Assembly (NCBI GenBank): GCA_030295235.1
Contig: AP026142.1
Span: 744,001 to 808,000, forward strand
Source of the DNA: Fistulifera solaris
Lineage: Eukaryota
Direction: 5' to 3'
DNA length: 64,000 nucleotides
Shown here: positions 61,304 through 64,000 of the stretch, in pieces
Layout of the letters: every line of letters starts with the position of its first letter
Position numbering within the stretch: position 1 is the first letter of the stretch
Position numbers and translations under genes: made by a program
The notes under the pieces: generated by a model
Seen by the model: only the letters and a program-made list of their open reading frames with translations
Told to the model about the DNA's origin: nothing
Databases searched by the model: none

Positions 61304-63501
61304 GAGACGCTACTCAACATCGATTTCTGTCATTCCAGCACCTACCAAGAAGGCACAACAAACGATAAGGATACAACGAACAAGGGCTGCAAAGACACGA
61401 GCACGATGTACTGATCTGCAGACTGCAGGCTCACTAGTTTTCGCCTCGACTTGCGTACGAATCACCCGAAGACACCTCGCGACAGCCGCAAAGCGGCGAA
61501 AATGATAGATAGCAACGAAGTTACCATAAAAATATAAGGTATGGTAGCAATATTATACATCTAGCTATTCGAAGTATCAAAAATACAGTCCGAGGTAATT
61601 CAACCTTTCGCCGATTTTGGGATTGTTCGTGCATCATCGACAGGAACTGCCGAAACTAAAAAAAGCATTACGGTGAATGGGCAGAAAGGAAAATTGACAA
61701 CTTTCGTTCAGGCTGTGCATGCAGCAAAAATTACGTATTGTGATACCTGTGAAATCACACTTGGAAACGAATAATGTAAAGATAGAAAAATTTCATCCTT
61801 AGATTTCTCCTGTCTGATGTCCATACCCCACTGTCTATGCCGCGAAGCTATCTCGTCCCTGTGTAGATTATCCAATTTCAGCCTGTATCAACTACTAAAC
61901 GCAAATGCATCGTCGTCGTGATTTCGGTAAAGGCGAACAAATGAAATACAAAAATGAATCTCGCGATGATATCGAGGGATCCAATCGCAGTATTTCCAAA
62001 ATAGTGAAAAAGCCTTTTCCCACAGTTCTTGGATCCAAAAGTCGTAGACAGCCTACTCATAAGATTGTGAAATGTAGGCGCGGGCAGTAAGATATTCCTG
62101 AACTTCCTTTAGCTCTAATTCGCCGAACTGTTTTACGCGCGTTTCAAAAAGCCTTCCACATCGTCATCGTGTTCACCCATTCCCAGCATCAAAGGGGAGA
62201 TCTCGTCATTTTTAAGTCTTCGATTTCGTTTTTGCAACTTGTTGTCAGAGCTTGCGGAGCTCTTTGAAGTGCATCTTTATCTTTTGACAGTCGCTACTAC
62301 AAGACCTCGCTACCTGACAACGTGAACACCGTTTGAGCCCCGAAGCGTCTCCAAGATAATTACAAGAATAACACTAGGGATGTTCTTTTAAACACGTATC
62401 CTTCCCTTCGTAGTAAGCTTCAAAAAGGTGTTATGCTCTTGGAGGAAGGTGGGGGTCGAACAGCAAATCTGACATCTTCTTCTCGGCCTCATAGTCCAAT
62501 CAGGATGTTAAGGTTTTCGAATAGAAATATTGCGCCGCTCTTTGGGAAGATTACAATGGAAACTTGGAGGAGAAGAGAGACACTTGCAACCATTTATTCG
62601 CATCTTTTCTTCTCTGCTCGTCGTTGCGTCCTTCCCGTTTATATGTTTACGTGCGGTCGATCTCCACGGTGTCGTAGTGTGTCTCGATGGATTCTGCATT
62701 GCAAGTGTACTTTTGTGGTTCACTTACATCTTCCATCGTCGCGCCTTTCGGCGATAAAGATGACGACGAAAAAGTCGTTCGACATTCTGGGTTTGCGCAG
62801 AAGATAATATGAAGAGAGATCGCATAAAAGAAAGGCAAGGACTAATTTCAAGTGCTTTTTTTACTTTTACGATCGTATGAAAAGAGAATAGAGAATCACA
62901 GGATGGAAGTGACTCAAAATCGTTCTGAACCTTGTTATTGCTCATCCGGGCCATCACGAAACGATTTGAATAATACCGATTTCGGGGTTCAACCGCCAAC
63001 CATTTCTCGAAAGAACACTTGGTTGTCTCTAGGCATCTCGATGTTGCAAGGATTCTGTAAGCCGAAGCGAAATTCATTGGCGAGCGATGAGGACAGCGAT
63101 GAGGACGACGATGATACTGGACTTTCCAGCATCACAACATTAGTGACTTGTCAACATTCTCCGAATTATTCCAATTGCTTTGTTTATGGTTCCAGACAAA
63201 GCATATTGGAGATCTGGGTAGCCGCATGCGTGCTCCTCGGATGGACGATACGCGTTCTTCAATACAAGGACACCTCTTTGGCTTTGACGTCGACTGTCGT
63301 CGCGAACAAGTTCTAGAGTTTCTCCGTATCATTCGCCCTCAGCGATACGCCGTTCTGCTGAATAAATCGAATAGCCATTTTAAATATATATGTAAGTAAT
63401 TTCTAACATGACTCTTTACGATTTATACACTTTGCGACGACAGCCGTTTATTCTCTCTCCCACTCGTTCGCTTGCTCGCCTCTCTAGACTACCTTTGTTT
63501 G

Positions 63502-63503
<2 letters not shown>

Positions 63504-63533
<30 letters not shown>
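63504..63533. repeat. (CAT)10 microsatellite
   Basis: Ten perfect CAT units. Confidence 0.95.
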
Positions 63534-63680
63534 ATGTTTTCATATTCAGATAATACGACCCCAGATTGTATAAAGTTTACATCACAAAAACGTACGGAGT
63601 ACTCCGTAATTTAGCTATCAAACAACATTGAGTCCAACAGCCGCATTTCGACGTTTCATCTTCCGTGTATCGGGTAACCG

Positions 63681-64000
63681 TCAAGTCATATCCGCTTGAA
63701 AAGATCCCGTCGTTGTCTCTCCTCCATTCATAGCAAGACTCATTGTAGCGGTCTCTTCTTTTGGTACTTTGACACCGTCCTTACCGACGTACAGGCACAA
63801 TGCATTCGTCAGCAACGCTGCAATCAACCAGAACATGCAACTGACTAAATCTGTTTTCATTGCTGTGATAGAAGTCTCTTCATCTTTGCGTGCAATATGT
63901 ACATAACTCAAGCAAATATCTAGAACTGCCCCAAGAAAGAATTCGACATCCGCCACTAATCGCAACCCTCGAATGGTTTGACTCTCGTCTTTTCTCTTTT
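63681..64000 (-). CDS. 3' end of a membrane protein gene (5' part lies outside the window)
   Basis: Open frame with two hydrophobic helices (FFLGAVLDICLSYV and LVSCMFWLIAALL), ending in TGA at 63681. Confidence 0.5.
   Translation of the reverse strand, partial: KRKDESQTIRGLRLVADVEFFLGAVLDICLSYVHIARKDEETSITAMKTDLVSCMFWLIAALLTNALCLYVGKDGVKVPKEETATMSLAMNGGETTTGSFQADMT

Noticed and set aside
62433..63399. Overlapping ORFs that might be a degraded gene
   Set aside because: No identifiable domain and many stops; too weak to call.
63408..63614. ORF with a His10 tract
   Set aside because: Produced by a (CAT)10 microsatellite in a short, otherwise featureless frame.
1..64000. tRNA, rRNA, telomeric repeats, retrotransposon or viral genes
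   Set aside because: None recognised by eye. tRNAscan-SE/Infernal would be needed to exclude small RNA genes.

Overview
Eukaryotic nuclear DNA, most likely from a pennate diatom. Evidence: short GT-AG introns, bipartite ASAFAP-type plastid presequences, a signal-peptide-bearing Npl4, a guanylyl cyclase-phosphodiesterase fusion and diatom-style LRR membrane proteins. The window is gene-dense, with about 26 coding loci. These include TrpC-TrpF, ASH2L-like, cysteine dioxygenase, Borealin, BCNT/SWC5, endonuclease V, LAMTOR2, a DedA/VTT protein, a U-box protein and a PGAP1-like hydrolase. A signalling block contains a PDZ membrane protein, a class C GPCR with a bacterial-type sugar-binding ectodomain set head-to-head with a receptor GC-PDE, and a DOCK-like protein that appears to lack its catalytic lobe. 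Non-coding structure includes a 1274-bp PIF/Harbinger-like element with 29-bp TIRs and a TGA target duplication, three copies of an ~80-bp hairpin MITE, two further inverted-repeat pairs bracketing genes, a ~101-bp tandem array, a dispersed upstream palindrome (CAYGACTG-N5/6-CAGTCRTG) and GTAC-rich clusters. Many genes carry single-base frameshifts at homopolymers, probably assembly errors. The NUGGC-like GTPase locus looks like a true pseudogene. All family assignments come from motif recognition by eye; no database search was run.
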